Source: a virus
Lineage: Duplodnaviria; Caudoviricetes
IMG/VR virus record: IMGVR_UViG_3300033405_000040
Span: 1 to 39,178 of that record
DNA: 39,178 nt
Strand: one strand, 5' to 3'
Position numbers and translations under genes: made by a program. The notes under the pieces are model-generated. The model was not told where the DNA came from, did not search any database, and was given only the letters and a program-made list of their open reading frames with translations. This document shows, piece after piece, positions 1 to 8,530 of the stretch (positions are counted from its first letter, which is position 1; the number at the start of each line of letters is the position of its first letter).

Positions 1-2054
1 ACGATCCCATCAACACGGATTACAAGATAATCCGTGGTGAGGAATACGAGAGCGCTAGGATTGTCGATGGGCTGTGAAAGCAGCTCTGCAGGGTAAGCTG
101 TGCTGAGATCGACAGAAACCGAAGGATTTCCATCGACAATCACGCCACCGAAAATGCGTGATGCCTCGTAAATATCGTACGGGCTCGGAGAACCGTTAGA
201 CACCGATGCATGCGTAGCAGGATCCAACGTGTTACTGAACGTGACAGTAACCGTCTCAGGCACCGGAGTCCCGCCGTAAGTGATAGCGTCCGGAACCGTT
301 TCCGACCCAGAAGGCCACTGAACGATTTGCGGCAATGCATTCTTGGTTCCGAAACGGATCCCAAAGAGCGGCGCGTTATTCTGGATTTGAGAAGACAGAG
401 TAAACTGCCCGGAACCGCTAGGTCCAGGAGTCACAACCGTCGCCGTAATGGTGTCATCCTCGATTCGGTTGTACCAGAATGTGGCAAATGCCTGGTAATC
501 TGCCGGAACAGGGTTCGCCAATACGAACGTGTTGGTGGCAGAATCCACCGACAAGACGGTCACAGGAGGACGAGAAGAAGCATCGCGCCATGTCTTCCCA
601 ACATAAACCGTCACAAGGTCCGGACGGTTGGTCGGAAGATCGATACGACCATTCGTGATGGTCTGGTAAAGAGACACACCGAGTGGAGTATCACGCCCGT
701 TGCCCGTAGTTGGGGTTAGAGGCATCACGAACGTAGTCGTTGAAACCTGATTCGTGGTGGTGTTCGTGAACCGAGTGCAAGGAACTCCAAAAATGCGATC
801 GTCAACCAGCAGACCAATCATCTGCACATTGTTGAACGGCGTTACTCCAGTGGTGAGACCGGCATTGATGAGGAAAGCCGTTCCCCATTGAATGAGTGAC
901 TGGTCTCCCTCATTGAGAATAACGAAGTCAGGACCGTTGAGATAGTCCAATCGCCCTGGAGCGATGCCGACATTGCCAACAGTGACAATATTGTTGTTAG
1001 GCAGGTAATCGAACGTATCCTGGAAGGTGTTGAAGAAGTACTGGATGGTAACAGTTGCTCCAGCGCTCGGGGCGAAGGGCAATGTGACTGCCTGGTTCGC
1101 TCCGTCCACTGCGCTTGCAATGACCTGAAGACCATTAACCAAGACCACAACCTTAGACGGATCCGTGGTCGTAATTCCACCGCCAGAACCATCAACAATC
1201 GGACCGTTGAATGTCCGAAAGACCTTATTGCGGTTAGTGTAGGCACCCGGATTGAATCCGAAGACTCCTGTCGCCGTCCCGTTTCCAATCAAAACATTGC
1301 CTTGGGCAATGAGTTGAACATGGTTCAGGCCCTGATTATCAACATGAACCGAGGCAGACAGTCCAGGCGATGCAGAGTTATTGATATCGTTGGCAACCTG
1401 AGTGGCCGATTGTGTAGGCCCAGGAGTCAACGTGATATTAACCGTGGTCGCATCGTTGATCGTCACCTGGAGGACGTCATTGACTCCCTGAACGATGTTG
1501 TACGTCTCAGGGCTCGGCGCAATCAGCACAGCCGGTCCTGGTGAAACTTGGGTAGTGAGAATGTCCGTGATGCGAGTATCACCACGGTGGAAATTGTAAC
1601 TCACCAACACAACATCGGTTGGCTGCGTCGGAACGAGAATCGAAACGAGTCCGTATGTTCCGTTGACTGCTGAGACTACAACTTGCTGTCCGTTGACAGT
1701 AACAGATACCTTGGTGGTATCGAAGGTAGTCTTACCCATGCCGGAACCATCCACGATCGGGTAGTTTCGGACTTGGAACTGGCTATAATTGCCATTCTGA
1801 TCGCCGAGTTGAGGATTCTGGGGTGTACCACCAGTCACCCAACGCCCGGTCGCGTCCTCGTTGAAAATCGGAGTGTCAGCAACACTGCTCGAACCACGGA
1901 TAATTTCAAAATCCGTCTGCGAGAGTGTCTCCTGAGCAACACCGATTAGGACGGGGATGCGAAGACCACTGAGGAGCTGACCGACAATCGGCTCCGTGAT
2001 GGTCTGCGTGTAAACGCCGGGGGGCGCGTAGGTGGTGAACGGTCCGATGCCCAT
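1..2054 (-). CDS. Large contractile tail sheath-like protein, 5' part (over 684 aa, runs off the left edge)
   Basis: Absent from the ORF track because no stop lies in the window. ATG at 2054 has AAGGAG 5 nt upstream. Manual translation starts MGIGPFTTYAPPGVYTQTITEP (sheath-type Y-x-x-PGVY start). The same frame is open in the parts I translated, including positions 3-180 (...PYDIYEASRIFGGVIVDGNPSVSVDL...). Contains repeated inserted beta-domains. Confidence 0.75.
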   Translation of the reverse strand, partial: MGIGPFTTYAPPGVYTQTITEPIVGQLLSGLRIPVLIGVAQETLSQTDFEIIRGSSSVADTPIFNEDATGRWVTGGTPQNPQLGDQNGNYSQFQVRNYPIVDGSGMGKTTFDTTKVSVTVNGQQVVVSAVNGTYGLVSILVPTQPTDVVLVSYNFHRGDTRITDILTTQVSPGPAVLIAPSPETYNIVQGVNDVLQVTINDATTVNITLTPGPTQSATQVANDINNSASPGLSASVHVDNQGLNHVQLIAQGNVLIGNGTATGVFGFNPGAYTNRNKVFRTFNGPIVDGSGGGITTTDPSKVVVLVNGLQVIASAVDGANQAVTLPFAPSAGATVTIQYFFNTFQDTFDYLPNNNIVTVGNVGIAPGRLDYLNGPDFVILNEGDQSLIQWGTAFLINAGLTTGVTPFNNVQMIGLLVDDRIFGVPCTRFTNTTTNQVSTTTFVMPLTPTTGNGRDTPLGVSLYQTITNGRIDLPTNRPDLVTVYVGKTWRDASSRPPVTVLSVDSATNTFVLANPVPADYQAFATFWYNRIEDDTITATVVTPGPSGSGQFTLSSQIQNNAPLFGIRFGTKNALPQIVQWPSGSETVPDAITYGGTPVPETVTVTFSNTLDPATHASVSNGSPSPYDIYEASRIFGGVIVDGNPSVSVDLSTAYPAELLSQPIDNPSALVFLTTDYLVIRVDGI

Positions 2055-2136
2055 CTTGACTCCTTCACTCGAGCAGAAGTCTAAATATGTGTTTCTCCCC
2101 GAGGGGCCAAAAACAGGTCTATGTTTTCAGTATTGG

Positions 2137-2189
2137 TATGATCGGACTCCGCACATGAGCCGATCATAGGAACTCGATTATGAGTTCCT
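2137..2189. promoter_or_regulatory. Two adjacent hairpins upstream of the sheath gene
   Basis: TATGATCGG (2137-2145) pairs with CCGATCATA (2160-2168); AGGAACTC (2168-2175) pairs with GAGTTCCT (2182-2189). No clear U-tract, function unknown. Confidence 0.5.
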
Positions 2190-2201
2190 CTCAACACTGA
2201 C

Positions 2202-2669
2202 TCAAGTTGTGGGAGCTTTAGGAGACTTTCTGGCAGTTCTCTTTCCTTTAGAAAGAGTATTGAGTCCAGTTTCTCTCAATTTAAGAACCGCGGGATCAAC
2301 TGGCGCTGTTCTACCGCCTGCTGTCGAAATCGCATTGGTGCCTGATTCTTTGCGAATTTGATCTCGCGCCGATTTGCGTTTGGCGTATTCAGCCCATTTC
2401 TTCTCAGAAGATCTTCCAATGGCTTTATCGAGAGTCGGGTAATCCAAATCATGGGATCCAGACTGCCCATGGACTCCACTTCCTTGAGTTTGACCAGCCG
2501 GGGCTTTGAAAACAGGAGGACTAGTCAAAGAAATCGGAACTCGTGAAGCGAGTTCATGACACTTACCGCATGGATGTTTTTGTGAATATTGTTTAATGTC
2601 ATCCGGAAGAATTAGAATTTCTTCAAATAAAGCTTTGCACTTTTCGCAGTAATATTCGAAAGTGGGCAT
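2202..2669 (-). CDS. FmdB-family zinc-ribbon protein
   Basis: MPTFEYYCEKC...FE...PCGKC matches the FmdB MPxYEYxCxxC...CxxC pattern. Confidence 0.8.
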   Translation of the reverse strand: MPTFEYYCEKCKALFEEILILPDDIKQYSQKHPCGKCHELASRVPISLTSPPVFKAPAGQTQGSGVHGQSGSHDLDYPTLDKAIGRSSEKKWAEYAKRKSARDQIRKESGTNAISTAGGRTAPVDPAVLKLRETGLNTLSKGKRTARKSPKAPTT

Positions 2670-2674
2670 ACACC

Positions 2675-2684
2675 ACTTTACCGA
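2675..2684 (-). promoter_or_regulatory. -10 element TCGG-TAAAGT, leaderless promoter of the FmdB-like gene
   Basis: TAAAGT ends 5 nt before ATG 2669, with no Shine-Dalgarno; the motif recurs at other starts. Confidence 0.65.
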
Positions 2685-2697
2685 TATTCGAGAGTTA

Positions 2698-3909
2698 CTA
2701 TCTCATTCTTTCGTAGCCAATATAATTTCCAATCACCGCCGGAGTTCCAGCAATTTCAATGGCCGACCCAGCAGGTCGAACCAGGTCAACAACCACAGAT
2801 CCATCCAAGTATCCAGTCTGTTCTTCTTCTGCCTTAGAAACCATTTCGGCACGGAAGACTTCGATCGGAAGCGGAACCCATGTTTCCCAGTCTACTCGAA
2901 GGCTCAAAGCAATTGAGCTCTCATAGTAATATGTATCGTCAGTTTGGTTGTAAACCTCTTCATTTTCCCCACCCGGGGAAATATTGAGAAGCTGTAAACC
3001 TTCGAAACCCAACGCATTTTGTCGTTCAAGAATTTTAGCGACAATATGATCGCTCATTTTCTCGCGATCTTCAGCATCACGATTGAACGAAATTAATTCA
3101 AAATTAACTTCAAATTTCCCACCATAAACTTCAGCCACATCGGTTCTATCAGATGTCACTACAATAGCGAATTTATCACCGAGTTGCGCCCGGTCACCAA
3201 AAGCCATAACGACTCCAGGAATAGCCGTGATATTTGATTCCTCATAGAAAAATGGAAACGGACCTTGAATACCGGTCTCGTAGCGATAGTCTACGAAAAC
3301 TGTCAAGCCAACAGGAGGGGTTCTCAAGAAGGTGACAGCACCGCTGGGATAATCGATGTAATAATCCACGTCAACCAGCAGAGGACGCCTACCATCCAAC
3401 CACAAACGCGCAGAACCTGGATAAAGATTGTCACGGGATAGCTGAGCCTCCAAATTAGAGACACTCCCAAAAGTGATCAGTGGCTCGTCTGTAACAGTCA
3501 AGATGGGCCTAATGGTGAATTGCCCAGGAACGTAACGAGCCTCATCGGGGAGACGTATTACTTCAACAATGTAAACCCCGGGAGGACTAGGGAAAACATC
3601 CCGCCTCGGTGAATATTGCTCAAGAAGAGCAAAATTTTCTCGAATCCACTCGAGCGTTGTGTTGGGATGATTCCCAACAGGAGTTTGCATGCAAAAGGAA
3701 CTGAGCCGGCCGACGTAATTATCGGCCGACAGATATACGCGATCCGCTGAAGTAGAATTTACAAAAACACCACGTTGAGGACGAGATTCAAACGAATATT
3801 TATTGTAAACGTTCTCAGAATCCTGATGATAACGTGGATGCTCATACAGGATACGCTTCAGTTCCCGTATGATCCTCTTTTTGGTTGGGTTCGTGATCCA
3901 CGTAATCAC
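2698..3909 (-). CDS. Putative tail completion/terminator-like structural protein with an inserted beta-domain
   Basis: 403 aa, GTG start with GGAGG RBS, near the sheath gene. Insert ...DYYIDYPSGAVTFLRTPPVGLTVFVDYRY resembles small virion beta-modules. Function from position only. Confidence 0.4.
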   Translation of the reverse strand: MITWITNPTKKRIIRELKRILYEHPRYHQDSENVYNKYSFESRPQRGVFVNSTSADRVYLSADNYVGRLSSFCMQTPVGNHPNTTLEWIRENFALLEQYSPRRDVFPSPPGVYIVEVIRLPDEARYVPGQFTIRPILTVTDEPLITFGSVSNLEAQLSRDNLYPGSARLWLDGRRPLLVDVDYYIDYPSGAVTFLRTPPVGLTVFVDYRYETGIQGPFPFFYEESNITAIPGVVMAFGDRAQLGDKFAIVVTSDRTDVAEVYGGKFEVNFELISFNRDAEDREKMSDHIVAKILERQNALGFEGLQLLNISPGGENEEVYNQTDDTYYYESSIALSLRVDWETWVPLPIEVFRAEMVSKAEEEQTGYLDGSVVVDLVRPAGSAIEIAGTPAVIGNYIGYERMR

Positions 3910-3940
3910 GGCCGAAGCCTCCGATCACGACCAAACTGAT

Positions 3941-4144
3941 TCAATGCGCGTCGGGGATCGGGTCAGTCTCCACGTCGATCTCCTCATTGACTTCCACCGA
4001 AGGGGCAGGTTCAGAAACCTCCACAGCCTTCACAGGACTATGTACGGGGCTCTTCATAGTATGCTTGACACCGTAGCAATGAGCCAGAACGTCTTTTTCA
4101 GTCAGGAGGAGGCTGTGGACTTCAAGGCCTTTGTGATTTGCCAT
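3941..4144 (-). CDS. Small hypothetical protein with acidic C-terminus (start could be 4174)
   Basis: Fills the gap between co-oriented genes: MANHKGLEVHSLLL...EVNEEIDVETDPIPDAH. Confidence 0.55.
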   Translation of the reverse strand: MANHKGLEVHSLLLTEKDVLAHCYGVKHTMKSPVHSPVKAVEVSEPAPSVEVNEEIDVETDPIPDAH

Positions 4145-4197
4145 ATACCTATGATGAGATAAAAGGCGACTCATTCATATCCAATATTCGGAAGCCA

Positions 4198-5223
4198 CTA
4201 CTCTTCCATTTGAGACAACAGTAGTAATCCAGTTGCTACCGCAGTCATTGGGTCTTTCGCAGACCGGATATCGGAGATCTGAACGGGGAACTTCTCTCTG
4301 TGGACTTGGAAGCGCTCCTTGAATTTCTCGAGAAATCCCGTGGCCAATGAGGTCCCGCCACTCACAATGAGAGGAATCGGCTTCGGAATGAGAATTTCCC
4401 GACGAACTTTAGAAAACTGTTGAATAATGGTAGAAATGGAATAATCGATCAGAGTTTCAATGAAGAGTGAGATCGCCTCCCCCTCAAGGGTATCAGCCTT
4501 CTTGCTGATGTCAACCCCACCTTCTTTGAGGGCGCAAATCTTGGCAGCAGTAACACTGACAGATTTAGCGGCTCCATTGTCGATCCAGTCCCCTCCTCGA
4601 CCAACGGAGAACTCCAACGCACTCATGGCATTGTAGGAAAGACAAATATTGGTCATACCGGAGCCAAACGATATTCCGAGGCCAGAGAAATTTTCAGATA
4701 AGCACTCAGAATAAACAATGGCCTGAGCTTCGTTAGCGGGCTCGGCTGTATACCCAAGCTCCTTCAAAATTTTCTTCAAAATGAGAGAATGGTAGGTGAC
4801 ATCTGATCCAGAGACGTCAACAGCCGGAGCCGGAACTGAATAACAGCACTTCTCGAGAGGAACGCGCGGTTCTCCGAGAAGTTGTTTGATCATGAGTCCA
4901 ATGATCTTCTGAGCGTCAATCTCACCGGGGGTAATAACTCCGCCAGACATAGGACGACGGGCTTCCCTATTGAAGAGATTGGCCGTCTCTAAAGCTTCGT
5001 CCCCGATCACCAGAAGCCGTCCGTCGAGTTCAATATGACTCGTCTTGGACATTTTCAACATACGCCGATTATCTAGCGGCAAGTCCAGAAACGCATCCCG
5101 AATGCGAGATGTCTTGACGTTCTTACCCGTTTTACGTGCGGCCACAAAATTCATAGTGCCGCAGTCAAGTCCAACTCCGGGATCTTCAGACGAACCACCC
5201 GGTTTCATTTCATTCTTACTCAT
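4198..5223 (-). CDS. Actin-fold ATPase (MreB/ParM/FtsA superfamily)
   Basis: Phosphate-1 VGLDCGTMNF, connect-1 NEAQAIV, phosphate-2-like GISFGSGMTNI, adenosine IVSGGTS, connect-2 DPMTAVATG. Start moved from TTG 5253 to ATG 5223, which has GGAG 6 nt upstream. Confidence 0.85.
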   Translation of the reverse strand: MSKNEMKPGGSSEDPGVGLDCGTMNFVAARKTGKNVKTSRIRDAFLDLPLDNRRMLKMSKTSHIELDGRLLVIGDEALETANLFNREARRPMSGGVITPGEIDAQKIIGLMIKQLLGEPRVPLEKCCYSVPAPAVDVSGSDVTYHSLILKKILKELGYTAEPANEAQAIVYSECLSENFSGLGISFGSGMTNICLSYNAMSALEFSVGRGGDWIDNGAAKSVSVTAAKICALKEGGVDISKKADTLEGEAISLFIETLIDYSISTIIQQFSKVRREILIPKPIPLIVSGGTSLATGFLEKFKERFQVHREKFPVQISDIRSAKDPMTAVATGLLLLSQMEE

Positions 5224-5253
5224 TTGCGTCTCCGTATCGTATGCGAACGTCAA

Positions 5254-5263
5254 ACTCTACCGT
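5254..5263 (-). promoter_or_regulatory. -10 element ACGG-TAGAGT upstream of the actin-like gene
   Basis: Fits the CGG-TAnnnT consensus, overlaps the TAG of the upstream gene and lies 30 nt before ATG 5223. Confidence 0.5.
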
Positions 5264-5562
5264 GAGGTTCGCGTACGAATATTATCGAAGACTGCAAGCA
5301 AATTCTCCAAAGCGTCAATTTCAGCGCGAAGACGGATTTCAACGAATTCTTCGAGCTTTTGGAGAGCAAGCGGATCGTTAAGAAGAGAAGTCCCTCCGCT
5401 CCCGTCATAAAGTCCGCCAATAGTGGCATATTGATTAAGACGAGCAATAGCTGTCAAAGTTAAAGCAGCCACGCGTTCTGCAAGATCGTCACCTTTATCA
5501 ACGAGATCTTGTCTACCGGCAGTTAGCAAAAAATCCCGAGCCTGGTCACTCCAAAATTTCAT
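5257..5562 (-). CDS. Hypothetical helical protein
   Basis: 101 aa, ATGA overlap with the upstream gene. Confidence 0.7.
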   Translation of the reverse strand: MKFWSDQARDFLLTAGRQDLVDKGDDLAERVAALTLTAIARLNQYATIGGLYDGSGGTSLLNDPLALQKLEEFVEIRLRAEIDALENLLAVFDNIRTRTSR

Positions 5563-6137
5563 CGACTACCTCGAATTCGCTTCAATACTTCTTGACTTTG
5601 ATCGAAATCATCTTTCTCAACTTCAGTTTCCTTCACTCGCATCGTAGAACTCGAGGTTTCAGGGACGATGCGATCGGGAATGAACATAGGATCAGCCATT
5701 ACGGGGTTTGAGCTTGGTAAAACAGGAACCTTGTCGTGTAGACGTTCGGCCAAAAGCTCTAGAATGCCTTTAGTATTCAACCCCACTTCCATGAGTTGCT
5801 TAGACAACTGATCGAATTCTTCTCGAGAAGGAGATGGTGGCACAGAAACAGTTGCAATAGGGGGTGGTGGGGGTAGGGGCGGCGGTAGAGGTTTGGGAGA
5901 TGAAACGAATACCGGATGGTCAGGAGGTGGAGGAAACAAGGTAGGAATGGGAGGAGTCGGAGCCTGTTCCGGAAGAAGTTGAACACGAATGAGCTTGGCA
6001 ACTTCTTGAAGGTCTTTAGATCTTTGGACAGAATGAGCACTGGCCAAGGCAGAACTCCCTTTGCCAGGCAAATGTATGCCAAGGTCGGGAATCGCAACCC
6101 CAGCTGACACTAAGCAAGTGATTCGGCAGAGTCTCAT
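5559..6137 (-). CDS. Hypothetical proline-rich protein
   Basis: 192 aa, central polyproline linker, ATGA overlaps on both sides. Confidence 0.7.
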   Translation of the reverse strand: MRLCRITCLVSAGVAIPDLGIHLPGKGSSALASAHSVQRSKDLQEVAKLIRVQLLPEQAPTPPIPTLFPPPPDHPVFVSSPKPLPPPLPPPPPIATVSVPPSPSREEFDQLSKQLMEVGLNTKGILELLAERLHDKVPVLPSSNPVMADPMFIPDRIVPETSSSTMRVKETEVEKDDFDQSQEVLKRIRGSR

Positions 6138-6778
6138 GCAGTATATTTCTTCAATACTTCTTCAAGCGCTGGAGCGAATTTTTTAGCTACTACTTGAGTA
6201 AATTCATCAATGAATCGAGCAAGGAGTCCTTGAAATTGTCCCTTCGGGTAGTGGATTTCAGTCTTAGTCTCTCGAAGACTCCGGCTAAACATGACAGAAA
6301 GCTTACCCTCTCTTGTCACATTCATGGAACGTGGAGCGTGAAGTGCCACTTCGTGTCCAAGTAGACGTTGACCAGATGTTCTTCTCGCGTCTCTTGGGGG
6401 CTTCCGAGCATCGCGACGAGCATCTCTGACTGGCTGACGGGCGTCACGCTGTCCAATGACGCGTTGAGCTCCATGTTTACCAATACCATAAGTTCTCGCA
6501 GCCTCTGAAACGGCTCCCGGTTGAGCCGATTCAAGCATCTCTCGAACTTGTTGTTCTTTCTGCTCAAGAGCGCTAATGTCAACAATAATTTCAAATAAGA
6601 TCTTTCCACCGTCAACATGAGCTAGAACTTGATAGTTCTTTAAGTATGGAGAACGTGCAAATCCAGAAGAGTCTACAACGTTCTTTAGAACTTCAAGACC
6701 GTCCTGAGCGATCTCATCAATGAGACCGTCTGTTGCCCTCTGTAAAGCGAGCTCGAGACTAGTAGAAATGTCTGTCAT
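6134..6778 (-). CDS. Hypothetical protein, possibly neck/tail-completion type
   Basis: 214 aa, follows the head-closure-like gene; contains RDARQPVRDARRDARKPPRDARR. Function from position only. Confidence 0.5.
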   Translation of the reverse strand: MTDISTSLELALQRATDGLIDEIAQDGLEVLKNVVDSSGFARSPYLKNYQVLAHVDGGKILFEIIVDISALEQKEQQVREMLESAQPGAVSEAARTYGIGKHGAQRVIGQRDARQPVRDARRDARKPPRDARRTSGQRLLGHEVALHAPRSMNVTREGKLSVMFSRSLRETKTEIHYPKGQFQGLLARFIDEFTQVVAKKFAPALEEVLKKYTA

Positions 6779-6810
6779 GAGTTTAACATCTCATGGCAAA
6801 TTTTTCCGGC

Positions 6811-8142
6811 TTATCGACGCTGCTCATTGGCCCCCGCCACGGTAGCCGAACGGATCTGACGTTCAGCCGGAATCGTCGGATCGTCAGTCATCATGGGAGT
6901 AGCATCGCCCTTACCAGGAATAGTGTATCGAGTTTGAGGTGCAACCAAGACAGTGGTATTCAAGACCGGCACCTGATAACGAATGTCTGCCTCATCGAGT
7001 TTTGAAATCTCGAAAAACTGAGCTAACTGCATCCCACGATTGCTCGGCATACGAACGGGACCGACAGCACATCTATCCCCATTCAATTTCACGATGAAAT
7101 CACGTTGACTCATCAGTGGACTTGGCAGTGTCCATACTTCATACGCATGATCGACTGTCCTGCCGCGATTACTTTGAGCAATAGTCTTGGCAGCATCATC
7201 GGGTGCAATATTTATGTCATATGGACCGTCATATCCCCCGATTACCCCAGTTCCGTAACAAACTACACAATCTGCATTCGGTTGCCTGTAGTAACTCGAA
7301 TAACAACCGCATTTCCTTCCGGTAGCTTTACGAATCATGAGTTTGACTCGTTCCCCTCCTTGATCCAAAATCCACTTTTGGCGACGAACAGCTTCTCGCC
7401 ACATGTAGTCCAATTTCTCAACTTCAAAATTATTTGCTACAGTAGCTCTCGAGAGTTGGGTCTCAAGGAGTTGTCCAGTTTCCGGATCGAAAGCCACAGT
7501 CGTAATCCGATAGAAGATACGCTGGGCCAAAACAGTCGGAACTTGATTCGTCAAATATCTGTAAGTGGCAAGCACTACATCAGTCGGATTCTTCGGCAGG
7601 ACCGCATCTGTCAAAGTCTGATTCACAACATTGAAGGTAGGTTCCCTACGAAGCTCCACCTCGCCGCGAGGCGCATTAATGGAATCCACAAAGGCCGGCA
7701 CACCATTCACGGTGACTTGCACGTTCAAATTAGTAACATTCTCAGAACCCGGTGAAGGATAAATGACGATCGGATTAAAATTCGTCTTGAATGCATATCG
7801 ACCGTCTGGATCTGAAGTCGGTCCTCGAAAAAAGAAGTTTTGAGAGACGTCTTCTTGGAGAGCTAGAACTGTTCTAGTCTGGTCACGCCAATAGGTCGAA
7901 CCAACCGGAACATTATTTAAGCGCTCCCATGGACCATATTCAGAGTCGAAACTCCGATAAATATTAACCCCAAGGATGCTAAATTTGGAATTCGCCTGGA
8001 GCTCGCTCGGGAGCGTCCAACGAATGTCAAAAGTTTCCTTCAGAAAGGCTGAAGAAACAAAAACATTCAGAGGCGGCAAGGGCAGCGCAGGATACGGCTG
8101 CTCCAGAATATCAGGCGGAAAGCGGTCCGGAGGGAAAGGCAT
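6811..8142 (-). CDS. Putative head-closure/neck protein with zinc finger and N-terminal FnIII-like domain
   Basis: AGGAGG RBS; CGC...CVVCYGTGVIGGY motif resembles neck proteins of large myoviruses; N-terminal IRW...GVNIYRS...WERLN and FYRITTV look FnIII-like. Confidence 0.55.
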   Translation of the reverse strand: MPFPPDRFPPDILEQPYPALPLPPLNVFVSSAFLKETFDIRWTLPSELQANSKFSILGVNIYRSFDSEYGPWERLNNVPVGSTYWRDQTRTVLALQEDVSQNFFFRGPTSDPDGRYAFKTNFNPIVIYPSPGSENVTNLNVQVTVNGVPAFVDSINAPRGEVELRREPTFNVVNQTLTDAVLPKNPTDVVLATYRYLTNQVPTVLAQRIFYRITTVAFDPETGQLLETQLSRATVANNFEVEKLDYMWREAVRRQKWILDQGGERVKLMIRKATGRKCGCYSSYYRQPNADCVVCYGTGVIGGYDGPYDINIAPDDAAKTIAQSNRGRTVDHAYEVWTLPSPLMSQRDFIVKLNGDRCAVGPVRMPSNRGMQLAQFFEISKLDEADIRYQVPVLNTTVLVAPQTRYTIPGKGDATPMMTDDPTIPAERQIRSATVAGANEQRR

Positions 8143-8160
8143 CTTCCCTCCTATAGCGCA

Positions 8161-8514
8161 TTAAGAGGCAGGAACTGGAGGATTTTGAGGCGCTGGAGAA
8201 ACAGAGTTGACGGCCGGGATGGAATCATTGGCAGACTTTGCTACCACGATTGCCGTCATCTTACTTCCATCCGCTGATACGTCAATCCGAGCAATCTCAC
8301 TCGGGTTTAGACCTGCGTCCTTGAAGATCTTATCAAGGATCTTCTGACGAAAGCTATATAGACTGTTCAATCCGGATTCCATCTCTCTCAAACGGAGAGT
8401 CTGTTCCGCGAATGCGACAGCTTGCATTGAAATAGTTGCTGTAACCTTGGCTAGGTTGACGGCATCTTCAGGGGCAGGAGAAAGGGTCTTAACTTCCGGA
8501 GTCTGAGTTTCCAT
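8161..8514 (-). CDS. Hypothetical protein
   Basis: 117 aa with a leaderless-type -10 element upstream. Confidence 0.7.
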   Translation of the reverse strand: METQTPEVKTLSPAPEDAVNLAKVTATISMQAVAFAEQTLRLREMESGLNSLYSFRQKILDKIFKDAGLNPSEIARIDVSADGSKMTAIVVAKSANDSIPAVNSVSPAPQNPPVPAS

Positions 8515-8520
8515 TTGAAG

Positions 8521-8530
8521 ACGTTACCGA
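8521..8530 (-). promoter_or_regulatory. -10 element TCGG-TAACGT, leaderless promoter
   Basis: Ends 6 nt before ATG 8514 and overlaps the TAA of the upstream gene. Confidence 0.6.

Noticed and set aside
140-1949. Track ORFs 140..364, 210..719, 842..1288, 1302..1544, 1683..1949
   Set aside because: All overlap the long minus-strand sheath frame starting at 2054, which has an RBS and a recognisable sequence.
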